Assembly (NCBI GenBank): GCA_965223705.1
Contig: OZ245015.1
Span: 2,400,001 to 2,464,000 of the forward strand
From: Myxococcota bacterium
Lineage (GTDB): Bacteria > Myxococcota_A > UBA9160 > UBA6930
Length of the DNA: 64,000 bases
Direction: 5' to 3'
The position numbers and the translations under genes are program-made. Below, in pieces: positions 9,791-18,306 of the stretch. The first letter of the stretch is position 1. Every line of letters begins with the position of its first letter. The notes under the pieces were generated by a model, which made no database searches, was not told where the DNA came from, and worked only from the letters and a program-made list of their open reading frames with translations.

Positions 9791-9912
9791 AAACTCGCTG
9801 CTGCAAGAGCTTCAAGCGCAAGGGGAAGCCCTGCAAGAAGTGCCCGAAGTTCGCGAACGCGACTTCGAAGGACGCGAAGAAGCGGCGGAAATCCAAGAAA
9901 CAAGCGAGCTAG
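9787..9912 (+). CDS. 41-aa Cys/Lys-rich microprotein (CC-x9-CxxC)
   Basis: MKTRCCKSFKRKGKPCKKCPKFANATSKDAKKRRKSKKQAS*. ATGA overlap with the LLM stop, GC3-rich codons, and it fills the intergenic gap. Confidence 0.7.
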   Translation: MKTRCCKSFKRKGKPCKKCPKFANATSKDAKKRRKSKKQAS

Positions 9913-9920
9913 GGGGCGCT

Positions 9921-10781
9921 GTGACGGCGATCGGAGTCATCGGATTCCCGACGGACCAAACCATCGACCCCGCCGCCTTGGGTCCGGAGCTCGAAGCGCG
10001 CGGCTTCGAGTCGATCTTCTACGCGGAACATACGCACATCCCGACGAGCCGACGCTCCCCGTTTCCGGTCGGCGGCGAGCTGCCCGAGATGTATTGGCGA
10101 TCCCACGACCAATTCGTGGCGCTCTCCATGGTTGCGGCGGTCACGAAGACGCTCAAGCTCGGCACCGGCATCACACTCGTGCCAGAACACGATCCGATCA
10201 ACCTCGCGAAGCGCGTCGCGTCGCTCGATCGGTTGTCCGGCGGGCGTGTTCTCTTCGGAATCGGCGCGGGCTGGAATGCCGAAGAAATGGAAGATCACGG
10301 CGTCGCCTTCCAAGACCGCTGGAAAGTGACGCGGGAGCGGGTTCTCGCCATGCGCGCGATCTGGACCGAAGACGAGCCCTCGTTCCACGGCGAGTTCGTG
10401 GATCTGCCCCCGATGTGGTGCTGGCCGAAACCGGTTCAGCCGGGCGGCCCGCCGGTCATTCTCGGCGCTTGGTCGAAGTGGACGCCCGCGCGAATCGCCG
10501 AGTATTGCGACGGCTGGATGCCCATCGAGGGCCAGGGCGACATCGAGAGTTCACTGCGGGCGATTCGCGCCGCCTACAAAGACGCCGGTCGCCCCGCCGA
10601 CGGACTCGATGTCACGATGCTCGCGGCCTCGAGCCCCGACCGCGGACCGGATCTACGCCGTCTTGCCCAGTGCGCCGAACAGGGAGTCGGTCGGGTTCTC
10701 CTGCCCATTCCGAACGAGCCGCGCGACGCGGTCCTCAAGGTCCTCGACAGTTATTCGGAAATTCTCGAGCGCTTCCACTAA
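9921..10781 (+). CDS. LLM class F420-dependent oxidoreductase (Rv2161c-like)
   Basis: AEHTHIPTSRRSP, HDPINLAKRVASLDRLSGGR, WPKPVQPGGPP; GTG start at 9921. Confidence 0.92.
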   Translation: MTAIGVIGFPTDQTIDPAALGPELEARGFESIFYAEHTHIPTSRRSPFPVGGELPEMYWRSHDQFVALSMVAAVTKTLKLGTGITLVPEHDPINLAKRVASLDRLSGGRVLFGIGAGWNAEEMEDHGVAFQDRWKVTRERVLAMRAIWTEDEPSFHGEFVDLPPMWCWPKPVQPGGPPVILGAWSKWTPARIAEYCDGWMPIEGQGDIESSLRAIRAAYKDAGRPADGLDVTMLAASSPDRGPDLRRLAQCAEQGVGRVLLPIPNEPRDAVLKVLDSYSEILERFH

Positions 10782-12007
10782 GCGCGCTGCCGCTTCTCGA
10801 AATCCTCGACCCATTTGACCACCGAGTAATGCTGGTAGCGCAGGGCCAACTCGTGGTCGTGGAACGTGAACGTCTCGCACAGGCCTTCGGAGATCGCGGT
10901 CTGTATGCGCTCTAGCGTGTTGCAATCTTCGCGTACGGCATCGCGGAGCTCGACGATCGCGTTCTCCTGGCCGAAGCGTTGGGCGGCATTGCTCGCCGGC
11001 TGCAGGTAGCCGTGCATCTGCCACTGCACTTCGCCCGGCCCGAGCGGCCACATCGTGTGGGTGAAGAACATTCCCGGTCCGATGATCAGCACGACGTTTG
11101 GAAAGAAGACGTGGAGATCGAGGGTCCACGCGGGGTGACGCGCCGGATTCACTCCGACGGGAAGGCTCTCGATCTGCGACGCGTCGCTTCCCCCGCTCGT
11201 GACCGGTGGTCCGGCGGCGAACTGCCAGGCCAGACCTTGCACGGGAAAGGGTTTGTAGTCGGGGTTTCCGGCCAGCGTTGCCGTGCGGTGCGGATACTTC
11301 GGGTAGAAGTCGATCAGCCGCCCCGTCGGGTTGTCCGGACCGCAGATCGATTCCGCCACCGACCGTTTGTGCAGGAACGGCACGTGGTAGATCTCCGTAA
11401 AGGAGTCGATCATCAGCTTCCAGTTGGTCTTGATGCGCGCCTGGAACTCGAACTCCGCGTTCCGTTGGCCGAACTGCCAGAAGCCGGCGAGCTCTCGGCC
11501 CTGGGCCCCTAAGTAGTCGGCCAAGGACTGCTCGGGCGCAGGGTTCAGATTGATAAAGATGAACCCCTCCCAGACGTCGGTCGCCACCGGAGGTAGACCG
11601 CGCTTCTCCCGGTCGAGGTCGTAGAAAGCCTTCTGATCCGGAACACCTTGGAGCTCCCCTTCGAGGTTGTACGCCCAGCCGTGGAACGGGCACTGGAACA
11701 GGTTGCAGTTCCCCTTCTCGCGAAGCTCGACGATCGTGCCGCGATGCTGGCAGACATTGTGGAACCCGCGAACCACGCCGTCTTTTCCCCGAGCCAGGAT
11801 GATCGAGAGTGCAAACGTCGGGAGCTCTTGGGTCACGAAGTCGCCGGCTTCGGGAATCCGATCTTCGCGACCCACGCAGAGCCAGGCCTGCCGAAAGATC
11901 GCGGCGAGCTCGCGCTGGTAGAACTCTTCTCTCCAGTACACGTCCGTCGAAACCGGGCCGGTGCCGACTTCGGGATGGCGCTGGGTGAGGCCTGTCGGGC
12001 TCGTCAT
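10778..12007 (-). CDS. Rieske non-heme iron oxygenase alpha subunit (copy 1)
   Basis: Rieske CQH...CPFH; mononuclear Fe site EIYHVPFLH...RED. ATG 12007 overlaps the upstream stop. Confidence 0.93.
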   Translation of the reverse strand: MTSPTGLTQRHPEVGTGPVSTDVYWREEFYQRELAAIFRQAWLCVGREDRIPEAGDFVTQELPTFALSIILARGKDGVVRGFHNVCQHRGTIVELREKGNCNLFQCPFHGWAYNLEGELQGVPDQKAFYDLDREKRGLPPVATDVWEGFIFINLNPAPEQSLADYLGAQGRELAGFWQFGQRNAEFEFQARIKTNWKLMIDSFTEIYHVPFLHKRSVAESICGPDNPTGRLIDFYPKYPHRTATLAGNPDYKPFPVQGLAWQFAAGPPVTSGGSDASQIESLPVGVNPARHPAWTLDLHVFFPNVVLIIGPGMFFTHTMWPLGPGEVQWQMHGYLQPASNAAQRFGQENAIVELRDAVREDCNTLERIQTAISEGLCETFTFHDHELALRYQHYSVVKWVEDFEKRQRA

Positions 12008-12366
12008 GACGGCTCCTGAGCTTCTAGATCCGCGAGCGGGACGGTCATTGGAAAGCGCTCGTGAGGCAATCCATCCACCACATTGGGCTGGTCGTACCAC
12101 TCGACGGCGGGACCGACCTCGGCCAAGGACAGGAGTAGCTTGAGCAGGCACTCCCAGGGCGGCGTGAGCTCGCCGAGTTTTCGTTGCGATAGATCCTCGA
12201 GTGCCTTGGGAGCGATGTCGATCATCGCCTCGTAGAAAGCGCGGATCTCTTGGATGGAGCGCGTGTGGCGCGCTGCGGTCCGCTCGCCGCTGCCGCCGAG
12301 TGCCCACACCGCGGCAAACGGCTCGAGGGTTTCGTAACCGGCGGGAAGCTCGAAACCCGCCGTCAC
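12004..12366 (-). CDS. Rieske-associated small protein (paralog 1), function unknown
   Basis: 120 aa, aligns by eye with 13595-13960 and 14351-14701; 4-nt overlaps at both ends. Confidence 0.85.
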   Translation of the reverse strand: MTAGFELPAGYETLEPFAAVWALGGSGERTAARHTRSIQEIRAFYEAMIDIAPKALEDLSQRKLGELTPPWECLLKLLLSLAEVGPAVEWYDQPNVVDGLPHERFPMTVPLADLEAQEPS

Positions 12367-13598
12367 GAGCCGGCGCTCGCTAATCCCTCATCGATCAGAC
12401 GCTTGACGACCGCGTACTGGTGGCGACAGGGAACTTCCATATCGGCGAAATGAATCTCCTTGAGGGATCCCGACATGATTCCGGCTTGGGAGCCTTCACT
12501 CGTCGCGATGTCTTCGCGAAACGCGTCGCGCAGGAGCGCAATCGATTGCTCCTGTGCGATCCGTTGTGACGGCGTCTCCGGCGGCACGAAATAGAGCGAC
12601 GCCTCCCAGCGCGTGGTCGCCGCATCGATCGGCCAGAACTCGTGGATGAAGAAGAAGCCCGCCGACGTGTCGAGTAGCCAGTTCGGGAAGATCGCGTTGA
12701 TGTCGAAGGAGTAGTAGGGATCGTCATCGGGGTTCGTGCCGGGGAGCTTCTTCGCGAGTGCGGCCTCACCTTGACTGAGGGACTCGCCGATCTGCACGGC
12801 GAAACGCTCGGAGGGATGAGGCTCGAAGTCGGGGTTGAACGAAAACGACATCGCGCGGTTCCGCTCGTACAGCTCGAGGTGATACGGGCGGCATCCCGGG
12901 TTGCGCCCGCCCGTGAAGTATTCGCCGATCGTGCCGGCGTGCACGGTCGCAACGTGGTAGCCCTCTTGGAAGGCGTCGAGAAATAGCTTCCAGTTCGCCT
13001 TCAAGGTGGCGCCCCAACGGCCGGCCACAGACATCGACTCGAAGGGGAAGCCTGTGAGCTTCTCGCCGATCTCCGCGAGTTGCTCTTCGAGCGTTTCGCG
13101 GGGTGTCTCGTCGAAGTTCACGAAGATGAAGTCTTTCCACGTCTCGCAGTGGACCGCATCGAGATTCAAGCGGCTCTTGTCGAGCTCGTAGAACTGAGAC
13201 TCCTCGGGGACGTCGCGGATATTTCCCTCGGTGTCGTAGACCCAACCGTGAAAGCGACAGGTGAAGTACTTACAGTTCCCCGCCCCTTCCGCGACGTTCG
13301 TGCCGCGATGCCGGCACACATTGTGGAACGCTCGAATCTCGCCATCTTTGCCGCGCACGACGATGATGCTCTTGCCGAGAATCTCGACCTTCTTGACGAA
13401 GTAGTCGCCCTTGCCCGGGACCTGGTCTGCCCGGCCCACCATGAGCCACAGACGCGAAAAAATGTGGTCGCGCTCGAGCGCGAGATGCTCCGGCGAGACA
13501 AAAGGCGCCACCGATACGGGCCCGGTCCCCAACTCGGGGTAGCGCTCGGCGTTGCGGTGGTCTTTCGACGTGAGATCGAGGGTCTGTGCGGCGCTCAT
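12363..13598 (-). CDS. Rieske non-heme iron oxygenase alpha subunit (copy 2)
   Basis: CRH...CRFH; DAFQEGYHVATVH...DAFRED. Confidence 0.93.
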   Translation of the reverse strand: MSAAQTLDLTSKDHRNAERYPELGTGPVSVAPFVSPEHLALERDHIFSRLWLMVGRADQVPGKGDYFVKKVEILGKSIIVVRGKDGEIRAFHNVCRHRGTNVAEGAGNCKYFTCRFHGWVYDTEGNIRDVPEESQFYELDKSRLNLDAVHCETWKDFIFVNFDETPRETLEEQLAEIGEKLTGFPFESMSVAGRWGATLKANWKLFLDAFQEGYHVATVHAGTIGEYFTGGRNPGCRPYHLELYERNRAMSFSFNPDFEPHPSERFAVQIGESLSQGEAALAKKLPGTNPDDDPYYSFDINAIFPNWLLDTSAGFFFIHEFWPIDAATTRWEASLYFVPPETPSQRIAQEQSIALLRDAFREDIATSEGSQAGIMSGSLKEIHFADMEVPCRHQYAVVKRLIDEGLASAGS

Positions 13599-13960
13599 GA
13601 CGGCATTCCTCCATCGACGACGCGGTAGCGCCTCGGCGCGGGAAGGATCTCAAATTTCTCGTAGGCAACCGAGTGCGGGACGTCGGGGGCCTGGTAGTAC
13701 TCGATCGCGGGAGCGATCTCCATCGTCATGAGCGCGAGCTCGAGGAGATTCGCCGCGTCTCGGGGCAGCGCGTCGAGTGTGTGCCGATCGAGTGCCCGGG
13801 CGATCTCCCTCATGCGCGGCATGGTGGCGTCGTAGAAGTCTCGGAGTTTTTCGATGGGTTGACCGACCCGGAAAGCATTGCGCTCCCGCTCGGTGCCGTG
13901 AACCCATTCTGGCACGAACCGTGCCAGCGACTCGAACCCTTCGGGAAGAACCTGACTCAT
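13595..13960 (-). CDS. Rieske-associated small protein (paralog 2), function unknown
   Basis: LPEGFESLARFVPEW...FYD...EIAPAIEYY..PDVP. Start is 13960 (ATG) or 13966 (GTG). Confidence 0.85.
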   Translation of the reverse strand: MSQVLPEGFESLARFVPEWVHGTERERNAFRVGQPIEKLRDFYDATMPRMREIARALDRHTLDALPRDAANLLELALMTMEIAPAIEYYQAPDVPHSVAYEKFEILPAPRRYRVVDGGMPS

Positions 13961-13982
13961 CCCCACAATTTACCACCCGGGC

Positions 13983-14303
13983 TTACAGTTCCGGCATCTC
14001 GACATAGAGGTAGCCGTCTTCTCCGACCGTCACCGGGTAGCTCGCCACCGGGGTCACGCAGGGCGCGCCGGTGACCGCGCCCGTCCGGATGTCGAATGTT
14101 CCGTCGTGAAACGGACAGACGATGTCGTTGCCCTCGATGTCGCCTTCGGACAGGAATGCTGCCCCGTGGGTACACACGTCGTCGGTCGCGTAGAACGCCC
14201 CCCCGACCTTGTAGACCGCGACGGGTTCTCGGCCGTCGATCTCGACTTGTTTGACAGAATCGTCCGACAGTTCGCCCGCGGGAATTGTTCGCAGTAGAGC
14301 CAT
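13983..14303 (-). CDS. Rieske-type [2Fe-2S] ferredoxin of a multicomponent oxygenase
   Basis: YATDDVCTHG...IVCPFHDGTFDIRTG; about 106 aa. Confidence 0.93.
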   Translation of the reverse strand: MALLRTIPAGELSDDSVKQVEIDGREPVAVYKVGGAFYATDDVCTHGAAFLSEGDIEGNDIVCPFHDGTFDIRTGAVTGAPCVTPVASYPVTVGEDGYLYVEMPEL

Positions 14304-14350
14304 ACCCGCAACGTATCGTAGAATCACACGAAATCATGCCGAGGAGCCCT
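14304..14350. promoter_or_regulatory. Back-to-back divergent promoter region of the Rieske cluster
   Basis: Minus-strand -10-like TACGTT (14310-14315) lies 6 nt from the ferredoxin ATG. Plus-strand TAGAAT at 14319-14324; GAGGAG SD at 14341-14346. Confidence 0.55.
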
Positions 14351-14701
14351 ATGCCGCGTTCTCTGCCCGAAAAGTTTGCCGAACTCGAGCGCTTCGTCCC
14401 CGAATGGGTGATCGATTCCGAAGCGGATCGATACACCTTCCGCGTGAATCGCACGATCGAGGAGCTCGACGCGTTCTACGGGGCCGTCTTCCCTCGCATC
14501 GACGACCTCGCAAACCACATCGATCAGTATCCGCTCGACGGTATGCCCAGGGACGCCGTCAATCTGCTCCGCCTGGGTCAGATGCTGATGGAGGTCTCTC
14601 CGGCGGTCGGCGTCTACCGACAGCCCGATGTTCCGAACTCGACTCCGTTTGAACGCTTCACGGTGATTTCCCCGCAGGAACCGATCCGCGTCCTCGATTG
14701 A
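14351..14701 (+). CDS. Rieske-associated small protein (paralog 3), function unknown
   Basis: LPEKFAELERFVPEW...FYG...EVSPAVGVYRQPDVP; GAGGAG SD. Confidence 0.87.
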   Translation: MPRSLPEKFAELERFVPEWVIDSEADRYTFRVNRTIEELDAFYGAVFPRIDDLANHIDQYPLDGMPRDAVNLLRLGQMLMEVSPAVGVYRQPDVPNSTPFERFTVISPQEPIRVLD

Positions 14702-14712
14702 TTGGAGAACGA

Positions 14713-15990
14713 ATGAGCACCCAAATCGAAAACCGACCCGAAGCCCGTCTGCCCGACTGGGACAACACCAACCCCGTCAAGGAGCGCTATCCGGAAATCG
14801 ATACACCTCCGATTCCCATCGAAGCCTATGTCTCCGAAGACTTCTTCGAAGCGGAGCGCGAGAAGATCTTCAAGAAGAAATGGCTCTACGCCGGTCGCAT
14901 GGAACGGCTGCAGAAGCCCGGCGACTACTTCGTCAACACCATGGAGGTGCTCCGCACGAAGAAGGACGGGACCTACCCGTCGTTCGTGATCACCCGTGAC
15001 GATCACGGCGAAGTCCGGGCGTTCTACAACGCGTGCAAGCACCGCGGCACCAAGGTTTGCTGGGACGACTCCGAGACCTGGGAGAGCAGCAACCGCAAGT
15101 ACTTCACCTGTCGTTTCCACGGCTGGGTGTACGGAAACGACGGCAGCCTCAAACACGTTCCCGACGAGAATCAGTTCTTCGATCTCAACAAGGCGGAACG
15201 CGGCCTCACGCCGGTGCACTGCGCGGTATGGAAGGACTTCATCTTCATCAATGTCGACCCCGCTCCGAGCCAAACGCTCGAAGAGCAGCTCGGCCCGCAC
15301 GCGACGAACTTGAAGGATTTCCCGTTCGAGCGACTCCGCAAGACCGGCATCTGGACCGCGGTGATGGACTGCAACTGGAAAGTCGCGATCGACGCGTTCC
15401 AAGAGGGCTACCACGTCGCGACCGTGCACGCGGGAACCATGCCCAACGCGTTCAACGGCTCGCTGAACCCCTACTGCCGGCCCACTTCGGTGCGCGTCTA
15501 TCCCGGCGGCAACCGCTCGATCACGTTTATGGTGTCGCCCGAGTACAAACCGGACGAGCTCGAAATGTGGGTGCGCCAGCGCGGAGCGAACTGGTACGCC
15601 GCTGCCGAAGACGGTTCCACGAACGACTTCGTCGGCGTGAACCCCGAGAACGATCCCTTCTTCGCGTTCGACTGCCACGGGATCTTCCCGAATTTGCTGG
15701 TCGATCCGTTCATCGGTGGGTTCTACGGTCATGAGTTCTGGCCGATCACGGTCAACAAAACGCGCTGGATCGGAAGCATCAACTTCCTCGCCCCGCAGAA
15801 ACCGAGCGACATTCTGTCGAACGAGCACGGGAAGATCTTGCTGCGTGATGCGTTCCGCGAGGACACCGTCACCCTCGACGCGTCTCAGGAAGGGATCGAG
15901 TCCGGAGGCCTCACCGACGTCATCATGTGCGACCACGAGATGGCGCCCCGCCACCTGTACAACGCGGTGGTCGAGATGGTGAACTCGTGA
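14713..15990 (+). CDS. Rieske non-heme iron oxygenase alpha subunit (copy 3)
   Basis: CKH...CRFH; DAFQEGYHVATVH...DAFRED; GGAG SD. Confidence 0.93.
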   Translation: MSTQIENRPEARLPDWDNTNPVKERYPEIDTPPIPIEAYVSEDFFEAEREKIFKKKWLYAGRMERLQKPGDYFVNTMEVLRTKKDGTYPSFVITRDDHGEVRAFYNACKHRGTKVCWDDSETWESSNRKYFTCRFHGWVYGNDGSLKHVPDENQFFDLNKAERGLTPVHCAVWKDFIFINVDPAPSQTLEEQLGPHATNLKDFPFERLRKTGIWTAVMDCNWKVAIDAFQEGYHVATVHAGTMPNAFNGSLNPYCRPTSVRVYPGGNRSITFMVSPEYKPDELEMWVRQRGANWYAAAEDGSTNDFVGVNPENDPFFAFDCHGIFPNLLVDPFIGGFYGHEFWPITVNKTRWIGSINFLAPQKPSDILSNEHGKILLRDAFREDTVTLDASQEGIESGGLTDVIMCDHEMAPRHLYNAVVEMVNS

Positions 15991-17753
15991 GACGAGCCTC
16001 GAGGTTTCTTTTCGCGTGCGCGCTGCTCGCGGCGGCGAACCTCGCCGAGGCGGGTCAGGTCAGCGGCAGCGTTGTCGACGAGCAAGGCCAGCCGATCCCC
16101 TTCGTGCGCATCCTCGTTGCGATTCCCGGAGGATCGCCCGCAACCGTCTCGGTGTGGAGCGCTGCCGACGGGAGTTTCGCCTCGCCGCCGCTGTCGGTGT
16201 CCGGCGACGCGATCCAGGCCTCCTCGTTCCGGATCGGCTGGGAGGAGACCTCGCGAGATCGCACGACGACCGGGGACGACGTGACGCTCAAGATCGCGAT
16301 GAAGCGGATCGGCAACGTCGCGCACCAGGTCCCCGCATCGGCGTGGATACCGGGCGAACCCGGCGAACGGGCCTACCACACCCTGGTCCACGAGTGCTCG
16401 AACTGTCACCAGATGAGCGCCGACCGCGTTCGCCGCTTCGCGTCGACCCTGGCGGAGGCCGACGAGCAGGCTCGCACCCTCGCTTGGGAGGGTATCGTCC
16501 AGATGATGCGCGGTGTGGCCTTCACCATGGGCCCCTCTGGCCAGGCCCAGCTCCGCTGGGGCCTCACGCCGGAGTCACCGGACTACCAAGCCGCGCTCGC
16601 GCCCGAGACGAGCTTCTTCCTGCCGAAGGATATGGATCTCGTGGTGCCGCTCTTGGCAAAATCCTTCCCTTCGAGTTTCGACGAGCTGACGGGGTACGAC
16701 GACGTCAACGAACTCGGCGACTACGGCGTCACGAAAAACACCGTCGTCGAAGAATTCGTCTTGCCGAGCTTTGGCTGGACGCGGGAGGTGGCCATCGCTC
16801 CTGGATCGCCTCTCGTCTGGTTCGTCGAGCTCGACGGCGACCGGTTGGGAAGCCTCGATCCGAAGACGGGCGAGGTCAATTGGTACGACGTGCCGGGTGA
16901 AGGGCCGCAGGGACCGCACACGATCAACGCCGACGCCGAGGGCGGCCTGTGGATCGCGCTCGAAGAGAGCTACGGGATTGCGCGTTTCGACACGAAGACC
17001 ACGCAATGGAAGGTCTACCCGCCGCCTCCGGACGTCAAGTTCGCCATCACCCACGACACGGCGTTCAACGAGTTGCGCCAGATCGAGATCGATTCCGAGC
17101 GGAAGATCTGGCTCACCCTGATCGGGATCAATGAGCTTTGGAGCGTTCACGTCGACAGCGGAAAGATCGAGCGGTATCCCATGCCGCTTCCCGAAGACGA
17201 GGAGCTCTTTCATGTGTTCCTCTACGGAGCGGTGATGGAGCCGGGCGGGAAGCGGGTCTGGTGGTCTCAACTCCACGGCAGTGTCGGCGCCTTCAACACC
17301 GAAACGAAAGAGGTCGACCGGCTGATCCCGCTCCCCCAGGGTGCCGCACCCCGGCGTATGGCGATTCAAGCGGACGGCATGCTCTGGGTGCCGCTCTTCG
17401 GCGAAGGCCAGCTTCTCAAGCTCGACACCAACACGGGCGAGGAAGTCGCCCGCTATGACCTGCCCGATCGCGCCGCGGCGTCGTATTCCGTGACGATCGA
17501 TCCCAAGCGGAAGGCGATCTGGGTGGGGACGACGAACTCCGATCGGATCTACCGCTTCGACATCGCCGACGCGCGCTGGCGACAATACCCGCTCCCGCGC
17601 AAAGAGGCGTATCTCCGATCGATCGAGCTCGATCACGAGACCGGCGACCTATGGACGAGTTACGCGAACCTGCCGGTCGGAAAACGCGATCCCGAAGTGT
17701 TTGGCTCCGAGAGCGCAAACAACATGATCGTACGACTGCGGCCGGGTGACTAG
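15987..17753 (+). CDS. Exported protein: carboxypeptidase-regulatory-like Ig domain, c-type heme (CxxCH) and Vgb-like beta-propeller
   Basis: Signal peptide ending AEA; VSGSVVDEQGQPI; CSNCH at 16395-16409; propeller repeats (LGSLDPKTGEV, GPHTINADAEGGLW, PRRMAIQADGMLW). GTGA overlap with the Rieske stop. Confidence 0.8.
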   Translation: MRRASRFLFACALLAAANLAEAGQVSGSVVDEQGQPIPFVRILVAIPGGSPATVSVWSAADGSFASPPLSVSGDAIQASSFRIGWEETSRDRTTTGDDVTLKIAMKRIGNVAHQVPASAWIPGEPGERAYHTLVHECSNCHQMSADRVRRFASTLAEADEQARTLAWEGIVQMMRGVAFTMGPSGQAQLRWGLTPESPDYQAALAPETSFFLPKDMDLVVPLLAKSFPSSFDELTGYDDVNELGDYGVTKNTVVEEFVLPSFGWTREVAIAPGSPLVWFVELDGDRLGSLDPKTGEVNWYDVPGEGPQGPHTINADAEGGLWIALEESYGIARFDTKTTQWKVYPPPPDVKFAITHDTAFNELRQIEIDSERKIWLTLIGINELWSVHVDSGKIERYPMPLPEDEELFHVFLYGAVMEPGGKRVWWSQLHGSVGAFNTETKEVDRLIPLPQGAAPRRMAIQADGMLWVPLFGEGQLLKLDTNTGEEVARYDLPDRAAASYSVTIDPKRKAIWVGTTNSDRIYRFDIADARWRQYPLPRKEAYLRSIELDHETGDLWTSYANLPVGKRDPEVFGSESANNMIVRLRPGD

Positions 17754-18306
17754 AGCGCACCGGTTCGCGTGGGCGTCTTTCGCCCTACTCCTCACGTTCT
17801 CGGCGCTTTCGGCGCGGGGCGAAGGAGAAGCTTCTGAAATCATCGAGCTCGGCAACCTGCGCCTCGAGGACGTGTGGATCAGGTCCGCGATCGGAAGCCG
17901 TCACGCGAAACTCTTCTTTACGTTTCGCAACCTCGGCCCCGACGACCGCTTGATCGTCGTCCGGTCGCAGCACGCATCGGGCCCCACGTTCTTCCGCACC
18001 GTCCGTCGCGGCCCATCGGGTCGCGAAGTCCGCACCGCGGAAGCAATCCCGATTCCGAGCACCCACCGTCCCTACGAGCTGAGCGAAGTCGGCCATTACG
18101 TGGAACTCACGGACCTCGAAAGGCCGCTCGTCATGGGCAGCCAACTGCCGGTGAGGCTCGAATTCGAGGGTGCTGGAAGCGTGACTCTCGACGTGACGAA
18201 CCGCTTCCACTCGCCGAGGCTCGCACGGCGGATTCGCGAGGCCATTCGCGCGAACGATGTCGAGAAATTGCGCGCGCTTCAGGAAGGCGAGAGGCCAGCG
18301 CGCTGA
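17746..18306 (+). CDS. PCu(A)C copper-chaperone-like exported protein with degenerate metal motif
   Basis: Signal peptide; LEDVWIR, FTFRNLGPDDRLIVVRS and PLVMGSQLPVRLEFEGAGSVTL scaffold. The canonical H/M ligands are largely missing. Confidence 0.65.
   Translation: MTRAHRFAWASFALLLTFSALSARGEGEASEIIELGNLRLEDVWIRSAIGSRHAKLFFTFRNLGPDDRLIVVRSQHASGPTFFRTVRRGPSGREVRTAEAIPIPSTHRPYELSEVGHYVELTDLERPLVMGSQLPVRLEFEGAGSVTLDVTNRFHSPRLARRIREAIRANDVEKLRALQEGERPAR

Noticed and set aside
15987..17753. Streptogramin B resistance lyase (vgb)
   Set aside because: The signal peptide, Ig domain and heme motif do not fit the cytoplasmic Vgb; only the propeller fold is shared.
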